From: a virus
Taxonomy: Duplodnaviria > Caudoviricetes
Direction: 5' to 3' (one strand)
Virus record (IMG/VR): IMGVR_UViG_3300025030_000018
Coordinates: 1-61,771 of that record
Length of the DNA stretch: 61,771 nt
The notes below the pieces were generated by a model that saw only the letters and a program-made list of their open reading frames with translations, was not told the origin of the DNA and ran no database searches. Numbering within the stretch: position 1 is the stretch's first letter; the number at the start of each line of letters is the position of its first letter. Positions 25,622-34,699 of the stretch are shown piece after piece. The translations under genes were made by a program, and so were the position numbers.

Positions 25622-26091
25622 TGGTGAACAAAAATCTTGAAGCCTTCCTCTGTATGATTGCCTGGGCTGAGATCGGCCCTGAGATGCTCGCTGCATCTGA
25701 CCAGGGCTACAACATCCTCGTCGGCTCCCTGCCGGGTAGGATGAAACTCTTCACCGACTACTCCGACCATCCCCGCAAAATGATGAGGCTCACGCCGACG
25801 CTGCGCTCTACCGCGGCCGGCCGGTATCAGATCCTCATGCGGACGTTCGATCATTACCGCGTTCTCCTAAATCTACCTGACTTTTCGCCCTCTTCACAGG
25901 ATGTCATAGCCGTCCAACTTATCAAAGAGCGGCGGGCATTGCAAGACATTTACGACGGGAAAATTATTTCCGCCATTCACAAGGTAAAAAACATTTGGGC
26001 CAGCCTGCCCGGTGCCGGATATAGCCAAAGAGAGCACCGGATCAAACCGCTGATCATCACCTATCGCGCAGCCGGAGGTACTCTCGCATGA
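25618..26091 (+). CDS. Endolysin, lambda R-like lytic transglycosylase
   Basis: AFL.MIAWAE, STAAGRYQ, DFSP.SQD, WASLPGAGY.Q.E. Confidence 0.92.
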   Translation: MMVNKNLEAFLCMIAWAEIGPEMLAASDQGYNILVGSLPGRMKLFTDYSDHPRKMMRLTPTLRSTAAGRYQILMRTFDHYRVLLNLPDFSPSSQDVIAVQLIKERRALQDIYDGKIISAIHKVKNIWASLPGAGYSQREHRIKPLIITYRAAGGTLA

Positions 26092-27311
26092 ACCTAGCCG
26101 ACTTGTGGCGGAAGGTTTTACGACTTGAATCTGAGGTTCAGCAGGACGGCAGACGGCTCACCCGCCGTGATCTAAGGGAGCGGTTTAAACTCGGTGAGCG
26201 CGACGCCCGGTTCCTCTACGAGTGCTTAAAGAACCGACAGATTATCGGTGGCAAGGACGCCTCTGCGACCGCCAGGACTGCGGACAACCTCAAGAACACC
26301 AAAGCCGATCTGGCAGCTTCACAGCGAGAAATCGTCCGCCTGCAGCGGAAGGTCGAGCTGCTTTCAGACCTGCGAGAGCAGCACCTCGATATCCCTAGGA
26401 TGCTGTTGCCAGGCGCCGGCAAGAAGGGCGAGGTCATCGCTACCGCCGTCATGTCCGACGCCCACTTCGACGAGCATGTGGTGCCGGCCGAGATCGACTT
26501 CGTCAACGGCTATGACCGAGAGGTCGCTGGCGCAAGACTTGAGAAATACTACCGCTCAATCGTCAGGCTTGGGAGGGATTACTGCGGAGGCGTCACCATT
26601 GCAGGCCTTGTCCACCCATTGGCAGGAGACCTCGTCTCGGGGATCATCCACGACGAACTGAAAGCCTCGAACTGTTTCCCGATGTCGGAGACCCTCCTGC
26701 ACTATTCGACCAAGATCGCCTCCGGGATGCTGATGCTCCTCGACTTTTACAAGGAGATTTTCGTGCCGTGCGTCGTCGGCAACCATGGCCGATTCACACC
26801 GCACATGGTGCATAAGGGCGCGGTCCAGGACAACTACGACTACCTGCTCTACAACATGATTGCCCGGGAGCTGCAGGGGGAGAAGCACATCAAGTTCTTC
26901 ATCCCGCTTGCACCTGATGCCATTTATCCAGTCTACGGCACCAAGTACTGTTTGACCCACGGCAACCAGTTCAGAGGCGGCTCAGGCTGGATGGGGCCGC
27001 TCGGCCCAGTCATGCGCGGGGATGTCAAGAAGAAAGGACGGCAAGCCGCGGTCGGCAAGCCCTACGACATCATGGTCTGCGGCCACTTCCACAGCCAGCA
27101 CACCCTCGGCGGCTGCATCATGAGCGGCTCGATGGTTGGCTACAACGAGTATGCGTCGAACGGGAACTTCCCTTACGAGCAGCCGCAACAACCGTTCTGG
27201 CTGACCGATCCGGAGCATGGAGTGACCCTGTCGGCGCCGATTCACTGCAAATGCGACGACGAACCTTGGGAAAAAGTGCTTAATACGTGCGAATTAGGAA
27301 ACAATGGTTGA
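26088..27311 (+). CDS. Calcineurin-like metallophosphoesterase with N-terminal coiled coil
   Basis: SDAH, GDLVSG, GNHG, THG, GHFH motifs. Confidence 0.85.
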   Translation: MNLADLWRKVLRLESEVQQDGRRLTRRDLRERFKLGERDARFLYECLKNRQIIGGKDASATARTADNLKNTKADLAASQREIVRLQRKVELLSDLREQHLDIPRMLLPGAGKKGEVIATAVMSDAHFDEHVVPAEIDFVNGYDREVAGARLEKYYRSIVRLGRDYCGGVTIAGLVHPLAGDLVSGIIHDELKASNCFPMSETLLHYSTKIASGMLMLLDFYKEIFVPCVVGNHGRFTPHMVHKGAVQDNYDYLLYNMIARELQGEKHIKFFIPLAPDAIYPVYGTKYCLTHGNQFRGGSGWMGPLGPVMRGDVKKKGRQAAVGKPYDIMVCGHFHSQHTLGGCIMSGSMVGYNEYASNGNFPYEQPQQPFWLTDPEHGVTLSAPIHCKCDDEPWEKVLNTCELGNNG

Positions 27312-27489
27312 CAAGAACAAATTAACTAGACATTGTTGTCGATGTAACAAAGTGGCACTCGCCGACGGCACCTGGCTGCCGGCTGTAATCGTTCGGATAC
27401 AAGGTATCAAGGAGTCACATGGGTTTTGTCCTGAGTGTTTGGAGTGGCAGATGCGGCTGATTGATGAGCGGAGGAGAGAAAAAGCATGA
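27304..27489 (+). CDS. Small zinc-finger protein
   Basis: CCRC...SHGFCPEC. Confidence 0.6.
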   Translation: MVDKNKLTRHCCRCNKVALADGTWLPAVIVRIQGIKESHGFCPECLEWQMRLIDERRREKA

Positions 27490-28922
27490 TAGATTTCAAC
27501 TACAAGGCCACTCCTACTATATCCAAATTCATGCGCTCGAATGCGTTCCATCGAGCTATCATGGGTCCGATCGGCTCGGCCAAGTCAACCGGGTGCTGCG
27601 TTGAAATCCTTCGCCGCAACCTTGAGATGCCTGCTTGGAACGATGGCAAAAGGTCATCTAAGTGGGCGATAATACGTAACACCAATAAACAATTGCGCGA
27701 TACGACTCTCGCCACTTGGATGCACTGGATGCGAAAGCTCGGCACCTGGCACGAGTCGAAGATGACTTTCAGGCTGAAGTTCGGCGAGGTTGACTCTGAG
27801 ATACTGTTCCTCCCACTTGATACACCTGATGATGTAGGAAGGGTTCTCAGTTTGGAGCTAAGCGGAGCATTCATCAATGAATTCAGGGAGTTGCCTGTAT
27901 CTCTGTTTGCAGACATAAAAGGGCGACTTCGGCGCTACCCAAATCCGTCAGAGGTGCCAGAGGCATGGTATGGCCTTATAATGGACACCAACCCTCCAGA
28001 AATTGACAGCGCGGCCTACAAACTGATGGAGCACTTGCCACAAGAAGACGGCAACCCGAATAGCATAATTGATTGTGAGACCTTCAAGCAGCCATCAGGG
28101 CTTTCCCCTGAAGCCGAGAACTTGGATCATCTACATCCAGACTATTACAAAGACCTTGCAAAAGGGCAGACAAAGGCGTGGGTCGACACATACATCAATG
28201 GACTATACTCTCCCAGCCAGTCTGGAAAGCCGGTTTACGCAGGAGTCTTCCGGCCGGATAGGCATGTTTCCCCTGTAGCGTTGAAGGCTGACCCTGTCCT
28301 GCCGGTGATCATCAGCTTCGACTGCGGATTAACACCAGCGGCAACGTTCAAGCAGATGAGCCTTGACGGCAGAGTGAAAGTCCTGCGCGAAGCCGTAGCC
28401 TTCGACATGGGCATGAAGCGTTTTAGCCGGACGATGCTGCGGCCGATCATTAAAAACTTCTTCCCGAATAACCCTCTGATTTTCATCGGCGACCCGGCCG
28501 GCAAGCGCAGAGCGGACTCCGATGAGTCATCTGCTTTCAAGGTTCTGAAAAAGGACTACGATGAGGATGGGGCAATCGTCAAGGCGGCGTCCACAAATGA
28601 TCCAAAGGTTCGTATCCAGGCGACGGAGCAGATGCTGTCTCAGTACCCAGATGGCGAGCCGCTCATGATTATAGACCCCTCGTGTAAGTATTACATCGAG
28701 GCGCTTCGGAGCAAATACCGCTACCCCAAAATGAAAATTTCAGGAGCGTATTCCGACAGCCCTGAGAAAGGGGACCACTCGCATATCGCAGAAGCCGGAC
28801 AATATGGCGACTTATATCTCCTGTCAGGCAAATACGACCCATCCGACCACGTCCGAGTCAGCACCTATGGCCCCTTAGACCAAATATCAACCTACCGTCC
28901 GGCCCAGAGGGAGGGCTATTAA
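27486..28922 (+). CDS. terL: Terminase large subunit
   Basis: GPIGSAKS Walker A, FINE Walker B, DTNPP, nuclease SFD.G...GDPAG...SH.AEA. Confidence 0.93.
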   Translation: MIDFNYKATPTISKFMRSNAFHRAIMGPIGSAKSTGCCVEILRRNLEMPAWNDGKRSSKWAIIRNTNKQLRDTTLATWMHWMRKLGTWHESKMTFRLKFGEVDSEILFLPLDTPDDVGRVLSLELSGAFINEFRELPVSLFADIKGRLRRYPNPSEVPEAWYGLIMDTNPPEIDSAAYKLMEHLPQEDGNPNSIIDCETFKQPSGLSPEAENLDHLHPDYYKDLAKGQTKAWVDTYINGLYSPSQSGKPVYAGVFRPDRHVSPVALKADPVLPVIISFDCGLTPAATFKQMSLDGRVKVLREAVAFDMGMKRFSRTMLRPIIKNFFPNNPLIFIGDPAGKRRADSDESSAFKVLKKDYDEDGAIVKAASTNDPKVRIQATEQMLSQYPDGEPLMIIDPSCKYYIEALRSKYRYPKMKISGAYSDSPEKGDHSHIAEAGQYGDLYLLSGKYDPSDHVRVSTYGPLDQISTYRPAQREGY

Positions 28923-28923
28923 A

Positions 28924-31008
28924 ATGAACGTCAACACCCAGGAACTCGTAAAACTCGGCGCCACCTTGAAAGGGCAACTCGACCAGTTCATCCGCGATCG
29001 CAACTTCTGCGAGCAGCAGTGGCTGAAGAACCTGCGCCAGTACATGGGCAAGTACGACCCGGAGATCGAGCGGGCCATCCCGGCCGAACGCTCCAAGGTC
29101 TACCCGCGGGACACCCGGGTAAAGGTCAAGGGCGGCGTCGCCAAGATGATGGAGATGATGTTCCCGAGCCAGGAGAAGAACTGGGAATTGTCAGTCTCGC
29201 CTAACCCGTCGATCCCCAAAGAGGCCCTGCAGGAGATCCTGAACGTCCTGCAAGAGAACGAGGTTATGCTCGCTGACCAGGAGCAGCGGGCGCCTCGGCC
29301 TATCACCAGTGACGCGATCGAGCGCGAAGTCCGGGCCTTTGCCAATAAGCGCAAGGATAAGATGGAGTCGGAGATCGCCGACCAGCTTGCCGACCCCGGC
29401 ATCGACTATCCGCAGTTGTGCAAGAAGGCGGTACGCTCCGGGTTCATCTACGGCGCAGGCATCGTCCGAAGCCCCATGGTCAGGACTCAGACTGAGCGAG
29501 TGTGGGAGATGGACGAGTTCCTCGGCACCTACGTCGCCAAGGAGAAATCTCTTCGACGACCCTATCCGGAAAGTTTGCGGTTATGGGACTGCTACCCCGA
29601 TCTCTCGGCCAAGTATTGGGAGGATCAGGAAGGCTTCTTTGAGCGCATGGTTCTGGCCCGATACGACTTTCGACAACTCGGTAAGCGGGAAGACTTCATT
29701 AAGGAGAACATCACCGATTATCTAAAGAACTTTCAGACCGGCAACTACAAGGAGAAATCCTATGAGGCAGAACTCCACCAGCTTGACAAGACCTCGAACC
29801 TCGCCGAGCGAACGGCTAGAAGGTACGAAGTCTACAGGTTCCTCGGCTTCGTCTCAGCCCATACCCTGCAGGCCTGCGGCGTGCCGGTGAAGGACTCCGA
29901 ACTCGATCAGGACATCCTGGCCGATGTGTGGTTCATCGACGATGTGATCATCAAGGCCGAGAAAGCCGCCTTCGGCGACCGCCCCTCCGACCAGTACCAC
30001 GCCTTTATTTACACCGAGGATGAGGACAGCGGCTTGACCGGCGTCGGCCTGCCCGAGGAGATTAGGGACTCACAGATGTCGCTCTGCGCCTCTACCAGGG
30101 CGCTCATGGACAACATGGCGGCGACCGCCGGCCCGATCCTTGAGGTTAACACATCACTCTTGCCGAAGGGCAGGAAACACGTCGGAGCCGTTCATGCCTT
30201 CATGGTCATTGAGCGCGAAGGCGACGGCCCGGAAGCCCAGTACCCAGCAGTCAGAGACATCAAGACCGACTCGCACGTTATAGAGGTTCTGAACATCATC
30301 GAGATGCAGCGCCAGCAACTCGACATCGAGAGCAACCTGCCGGCCTTCACCATGGGCGGGATGCAACAGCCGCTCGGCGAAGCGTTCCGGACCTCCAACA
30401 ACATGTCCATGATGATGGGCGGAGCCAACATGGTGACGAAAGACACCGTCCGCGCCTTTGACAGGTTTACGACTTCCCTCCTAAACAGTCTGCTTCGGTG
30501 GAACATGGAGTTCAACCCCAACGAGGCCTTGAAGGGCGACTATCAGGTCGTTGCCAAGGGCAACCTGTCGCTCGTAGCGAAAGAGGTCCGGGGCGCGGCC
30601 CTTGACCAGTTTGTCATGACCCTCTCGCCGGAGGAGCGGGCGATTCTCGATACCTACGGCCTGCTCATCGACCGACTGAAATCCCGCGACCTGCCGGTGG
30701 ACCGGGTCCTGCCGAAAGAGGAAGCGGAAGCCGCCTTGAAGTCGATGCGTGAAGCGGCCTCGCAGGCCTCGCAGATCGAGCAGGGCCTGACCCAGGCCAA
30801 GACCCAGGACACCGCGGCCGCCGCTCAGAAGAAGCAGCTTGAGGCCCAGGCCATGTCGGCCACGACCGAGGCAACGATCCAGGAGATTTTGTCCCGGGTT
30901 GAGAGCAACCTCGCCAATGCCAAGAGCGCCGAGGACAAGAACCAGTTGGAGAACCTGAAAATGCTGCTGTCGACGGCAACTGAGAAGAAGGAGAAAGCTG
31001 ATGCATGA
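28924..31008 (+). CDS. Portal protein
   Basis: 694 aa directly after TerL; G.G.V, YPD, G.GLPE..RD.Q features of podovirus-type portals. Confidence 0.85.
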   Translation: MNVNTQELVKLGATLKGQLDQFIRDRNFCEQQWLKNLRQYMGKYDPEIERAIPAERSKVYPRDTRVKVKGGVAKMMEMMFPSQEKNWELSVSPNPSIPKEALQEILNVLQENEVMLADQEQRAPRPITSDAIEREVRAFANKRKDKMESEIADQLADPGIDYPQLCKKAVRSGFIYGAGIVRSPMVRTQTERVWEMDEFLGTYVAKEKSLRRPYPESLRLWDCYPDLSAKYWEDQEGFFERMVLARYDFRQLGKREDFIKENITDYLKNFQTGNYKEKSYEAELHQLDKTSNLAERTARRYEVYRFLGFVSAHTLQACGVPVKDSELDQDILADVWFIDDVIIKAEKAAFGDRPSDQYHAFIYTEDEDSGLTGVGLPEEIRDSQMSLCASTRALMDNMAATAGPILEVNTSLLPKGRKHVGAVHAFMVIEREGDGPEAQYPAVRDIKTDSHVIEVLNIIEMQRQQLDIESNLPAFTMGGMQQPLGEAFRTSNNMSMMMGGANMVTKDTVRAFDRFTTSLLNSLLRWNMEFNPNEALKGDYQVVAKGNLSLVAKEVRGAALDQFVMTLSPEERAILDTYGLLIDRLKSRDLPVDRVLPKEEAEAALKSMREAASQASQIEQGLTQAKTQDTAAAAQKKQLEAQAMSATTEATIQEILSRVESNLANAKSAEDKNQLENLKMLLSTATEKKEKADA

Positions 31009-31495
31009 AAGTAAATTCAAGACCATGAGGCACATAGAGACGGTTCGCAACTTCCTGAACGCAGCCGTCCGAGATCTGTTGCATCGCGGCGAGTGGCACG
31101 ACCAGAGCAAACTGCAGGCCCCTGAAGTAGAGGTATTCGCCGAGTACACGGCCAAACTTAGGAACTGCACCTACGGGTCGGAAGAGTATAAAGGCTTCCT
31201 CCAAGGGATGCAGGTTGCGCTCGACCACCACTACGCCTCCAATGCCCACCATCCCGAGTACTTCAAAGGTCCATGTGTGCAGTCACCGCTCGAGCAGATG
31301 ACCCTTATCGACCTGCTTGAAATGCTCTGCGACTGGAAAGCCGCAACTCTCCGCCATGCCGACGGTGACATCTTCAAGAGCATCCAAATAAATCAGGAGC
31401 GGTTCGGATATTCGGACGAGGTCAGGATGATTTTGTCAAACACGGCGAAGTGGCTGAATACTCGTAACGTGGAAAACTTCGCGGATGAATCGTGA
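31001..31495 (+). CDS. HD-superfamily hydrolase (DUF5662-like)
   Basis: H...V, HD.SK, HHY..N.HHPEY, EM.CDW.AA. Confidence 0.75.
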   Translation: MHESKFKTMRHIETVRNFLNAAVRDLLHRGEWHDQSKLQAPEVEVFAEYTAKLRNCTYGSEEYKGFLQGMQVALDHHYASNAHHPEYFKGPCVQSPLEQMTLIDLLEMLCDWKAATLRHADGDIFKSIQINQERFGYSDEVRMILSNTAKWLNTRNVENFADES

Positions 31496-31842
31496 AAATC
31501 CCAGAGTTCCACCCAGTTGACACCCAAGTCGCACAGGTCGGTAGGCACGAGTGGTCAGTAGCCCGGCTTATCCAGTTGGGGAAAGACCTGCCAGTGATGG
31601 AAATCCCCCTCGACCATCTTTACGTGTGGCACAAGTACACCAACCTCACGCTGCGCCAGATGGTCATGCACATGAAGACGGTGCAGGCTGCTGATCTGTC
31701 CTGTCCGATCATCCTTGACGAGGACGGCGAGATTATGGACGGCAGACACCGGATAATGAAGGCCATCCTGCAAGGCGAGAAAACAATCAAAGCGGTGCGG
31801 TTCGACGAGAATCCGGAGCCGTGCCGAATATTGGAGGACTAA
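31492..31842 (+). CDS. ParB/Srx N-terminal-like domain protein
   Basis: ADL..PIILD..G.IMDGRHRI.KA. Confidence 0.75.
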   Translation: MKIPEFHPVDTQVAQVGRHEWSVARLIQLGKDLPVMEIPLDHLYVWHKYTNLTLRQMVMHMKTVQAADLSCPIILDEDGEIMDGRHRIMKAILQGEKTIKAVRFDENPEPCRILED

Positions 31843-31843
31843 T

Positions 31844-32032
31844 ATGCAAGACCGAGAAACCGAAATCCTAGAGGCCTTGCCCTCCGTCGCCCACGAGCGC
31901 GGGGTAAAATTGCTCTTGGAACTCTTCGCCCTCCGAAGAGAAAAACACCGGGACAAGCTCGAGCATAACGAGGACCCAACCATCCGAGGGAGGGCAAAAG
32001 AATGTAAGGACCTCCTCAATCTTTTCGGTTGA
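31844..32032 (+). CDS. Small head-module protein
   Basis: 62 aa, ...RGRAKE..DLL pattern typical between portal and scaffold. Confidence 0.6.
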   Translation: MQDRETEILEALPSVAHERGVKLLLELFALRREKHRDKLEHNEDPTIRGRAKECKDLLNLFG

Positions 32033-32058
32033 CAACTATTGTAACAATCTGATACAGT
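32029..32058 (+). promoter_or_regulatory. Promoter for scaffold/capsid genes
   Basis: TTGACA-18 nt-TACAGT with TGn; contains GTAAC-AATCT-GATAC. Confidence 0.6.
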
Positions 32059-32092
32059 AATACATACGTACTAATCTAGGAGGATTAGCTTA

Positions 32093-33067
32093 ATGGATAA
32101 TGAGACCACCGAGGACGTAGGACTCACTGATTTCGATCTGGCCTTTGAGGCCGCTGCCGGGTTAGGCGATGGTGCCGAGGGCACCGCCAAGGGCGAAGGC
32201 ACAGCCGACTCAGGAGCCAGTGAAGGCGAAGGTACTGCTGCCGCAGAAGGTACTGCTGACGACGCAGCCACCAAAGAGGCTGCTGACAAAGCTGCTCAGG
32301 AAGCCGTCGACACCGCCGCAAAGGAGGAGGCCGACAAGGCCTCAGCCGACGCTGAAGCCCAGCGTGTTGCCGATGAGGCTGCTGCTAAGGCTCCTAAAAC
32401 TCCCGTCGTAGACGAGGCCGCTGTTGCCGCGAGAGCAGAAGCCGATCGCGCAGCCAAGGAAGCCGCCGACAAGGCCGTTGCCGAGGCTGCTGCCAAAGAG
32501 CAGTTCACTGACGCGGACCAGGAGGTCCTAGCGCGAACCGCCGAGGATTTCCCGGACGTTGCCAAGGCTTTTGAGATCAGAGAGCGGGTGCTCCTCGCCA
32601 AGATCGAGAACCTGTTGTCCGGAAAACTCGGACAACTGACCTCTCAGTTCGACCAACGCCTCGCCCCGGCTCTCTCGGTCGCACAGACCGTCGCCCGTAA
32701 TGCTCACGAGGCAGAGATTCTCGGCAAGCACCCGGACGCCTTCACCGTGCTCCCGCAGGTCGAGGCATGGGTCTCAGCACAACCGAAGATCGTCCAAAAC
32801 GTCTATAACGCAGTTCTCGATAAAGGCTCCGCTGCCGAGATCGTTGAACTCTACGATGTTTTTAAAAAGGCCACTGTTGTTGAGGGCGCACACTCCGGCA
32901 ACACGGCCAAGTTAGAAGCGGACAATGCTGCGAAAGCCGCGGCGGAGGCCGACCGTGAGAAAAAGCTGAAAGCTCAGGAAGGTGTCCGTAGCCGGCAGAC
33001 AGCACAAAAGAGCAGCATTGACGAGAACGACTTCGAAGGAGCGTTCGCACTGGCTGCAAACTCGTAA
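32093..33067 (+). CDS. Scaffolding protein
   Basis: Acidic, Ala-rich, helical; directly upstream of the capsid gene. Confidence 0.75.
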   Translation: MDNETTEDVGLTDFDLAFEAAAGLGDGAEGTAKGEGTADSGASEGEGTAAAEGTADDAATKEAADKAAQEAVDTAAKEEADKASADAEAQRVADEAAAKAPKTPVVDEAAVAARAEADRAAKEAADKAVAEAAAKEQFTDADQEVLARTAEDFPDVAKAFEIRERVLLAKIENLLSGKLGQLTSQFDQRLAPALSVAQTVARNAHEAEILGKHPDAFTVLPQVEAWVSAQPKIVQNVYNAVLDKGSAAEIVELYDVFKKATVVEGAHSGNTAKLEADNAAKAAAEADREKKLKAQEGVRSRQTAQKSSIDENDFEGAFALAANS

Positions 33068-33087
33068 CCTACAGGAGGAATTAGAAC

Positions 33088-34089
33088 ATGGCTACTCAGA
33101 CAGTAAGTGACATTGGCCTTAGAACTGCAGGCATGGTTGCAGCCGATCTGCTCAAACGTGCCGCTCCCGCGCTCGTTATGCAGCCGTTTCTGCAGACCAA
33201 GCCCATCCCGAAGAACTCTTCGGACACCATCAAGTTCAGACGCTACGAGGCCCTTGCCGCTGCGACGACCGACCTGACCGAGGGCGTAACCCCCCCGGGA
33301 AGCTCCATCACCAGCACCGACTATCAGGCGACTCTCGCTCAGATCGGCGACTGGGTTGGCATTACCGATAAGGTTGCCGACACTCATGAAGACCCCGTTA
33401 TCAAGGAATACAGCGACGTGCTGGCCGAGCAGGCCGCGCTCACCGTCGAGACCAAGCTGTTCTACGTAATGCGCGCCGGCACCAACGTCTACTACGCCAA
33501 CGGTTCGGCGCGAACCGATGTTAACACCCCGCTGACCAAGACCCTACAGCAGAAGATTACTCGCGGGTTCAAGCGGCAGAACGCCAAGGTCATCACCAAA
33601 AAACTGTCCAGTTCCGCCAACATGGACACGGTGAACGTCAAGCCCAGTTTCATCGCTTTCGTTCATCCTGATCTCGAGCCGACGATCCAGGCGATGTCCG
33701 GCTTCAAAGACGTGGTTGACTACGGCAGTATGCAGGCCTACCCGACCGAGATCGGCTCCGTCGGTGACGTTCGTTATCTTACGTCGACCGTGTTCGAGCC
33801 TTGGGATGATGGCGGTGGATTGAAAGCCGGCTCCGGCACTACGATGATCTCCACCTCTGCCACCAATGCGGACGTGTATCCGGTTATCTACATTGCTGCC
33901 GACTGCGCTGCAGTCACGCCGCTGAAAGGCGCCACCGCTCTCACCCCGTTCGTCAAGAACCCGGGCGAGTCCCGCGAGGGCGATCAGCTCGGCCAGCGTG
34001 GCTGGATTGGCTGGAAATCTTACTTCGCCGCCCTGATTTTGAACCAAGTCTTCTGCGCTCGAGCGGAAGTAGCGGCTGCGGAACTGTAA
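33088..34089 (+). CDS. Major capsid protein, N4-gp56 family
   Basis: P.N....IKFRRY, LTEGVTP, HPDL, EIGSV..VR, D.LGQRG.IGWK. Confidence 0.92.
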   Translation: MATQTVSDIGLRTAGMVAADLLKRAAPALVMQPFLQTKPIPKNSSDTIKFRRYEALAAATTDLTEGVTPPGSSITSTDYQATLAQIGDWVGITDKVADTHEDPVIKEYSDVLAEQAALTVETKLFYVMRAGTNVYYANGSARTDVNTPLTKTLQQKITRGFKRQNAKVITKKLSSSANMDTVNVKPSFIAFVHPDLEPTIQAMSGFKDVVDYGSMQAYPTEIGSVGDVRYLTSTVFEPWDDGGGLKAGSGTTMISTSATNADVYPVIYIAADCAAVTPLKGATALTPFVKNPGESREGDQLGQRGWIGWKSYFAALILNQVFCARAEVAAAEL

Positions 34090-34095
34090 TCAATC

Positions 34096-34118
34096 GAGGG
34101 GCGTAAGCCCCTCTTTCT
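34096..34118 (+). terminator. Terminator/attenuator after the capsid gene
   Basis: GAGGGGC-GTAA-GCCCCTC followed by TTTCT. Confidence 0.65.
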
Positions 34119-34142
34119 AAGTCCTTGAAGGAGGAAAACACC

Positions 34143-34688
34143 ATGTCTCTCGCTTTCGCCGATAATGTTCAAAAAGTTGGGACTATCACGGTCTCCAACC
34201 CGGCAGTCGCTGTCAACGTAATCCTCGGCTGGCAGCCCCGATACGTCCGCGCCTATAACGTCAATAACCTCGTAGCTTACGAGTATTTCGCCGGCATGGC
34301 CGCCGGCAAGAGCCTTGACAACGCCAACGACTCCGACACCCAGAACTCGTTGAACGCCGCTGGTTCGATCACGCTCTACGCAGGTCGGGCCGCAGGTGCA
34401 GCCGTTTCCGGCACCGTGTCCGTCACCGCAGCTTCCTCGGTTGTAACTGGGTCCAGTACCAACTTTGTGGGCGAACTGGCTGTGGGCGACAAGGTAGTCG
34501 TCAACGGCGAGACTCGCTCGGTCGTGTCCATCACCAGTTCCACCAGCATGGTTGTCGATAAGGCTTACGCTGCTTCCGCCGCCACCGTCGCCTTGTTCGA
34601 CGTTGCTGGTAAAGGCCCTGGGGTAACCCTCGGCACTGACATCTGTGACACCGCCGCCGACGTAGTTTACTGGCTGGCGATCCGCTAA
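34143..34688 (+). CDS. Head decoration/minor virion protein
   Basis: After MCP; LGWQPRYV..N and C-terminal YWLA.R. Confidence 0.6.
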   Translation: MSLAFADNVQKVGTITVSNPAVAVNVILGWQPRYVRAYNVNNLVAYEYFAGMAAGKSLDNANDSDTQNSLNAAGSITLYAGRAAGAAVSGTVSVTAASSVVTGSSTNFVGELAVGDKVVVNGETRSVVSITSSTSMVVDKAYAASAATVALFDVAGKGPGVTLGTDICDTAADVVYWLAIR

Positions 34689-34699
34689 GGAGGTAAGCA

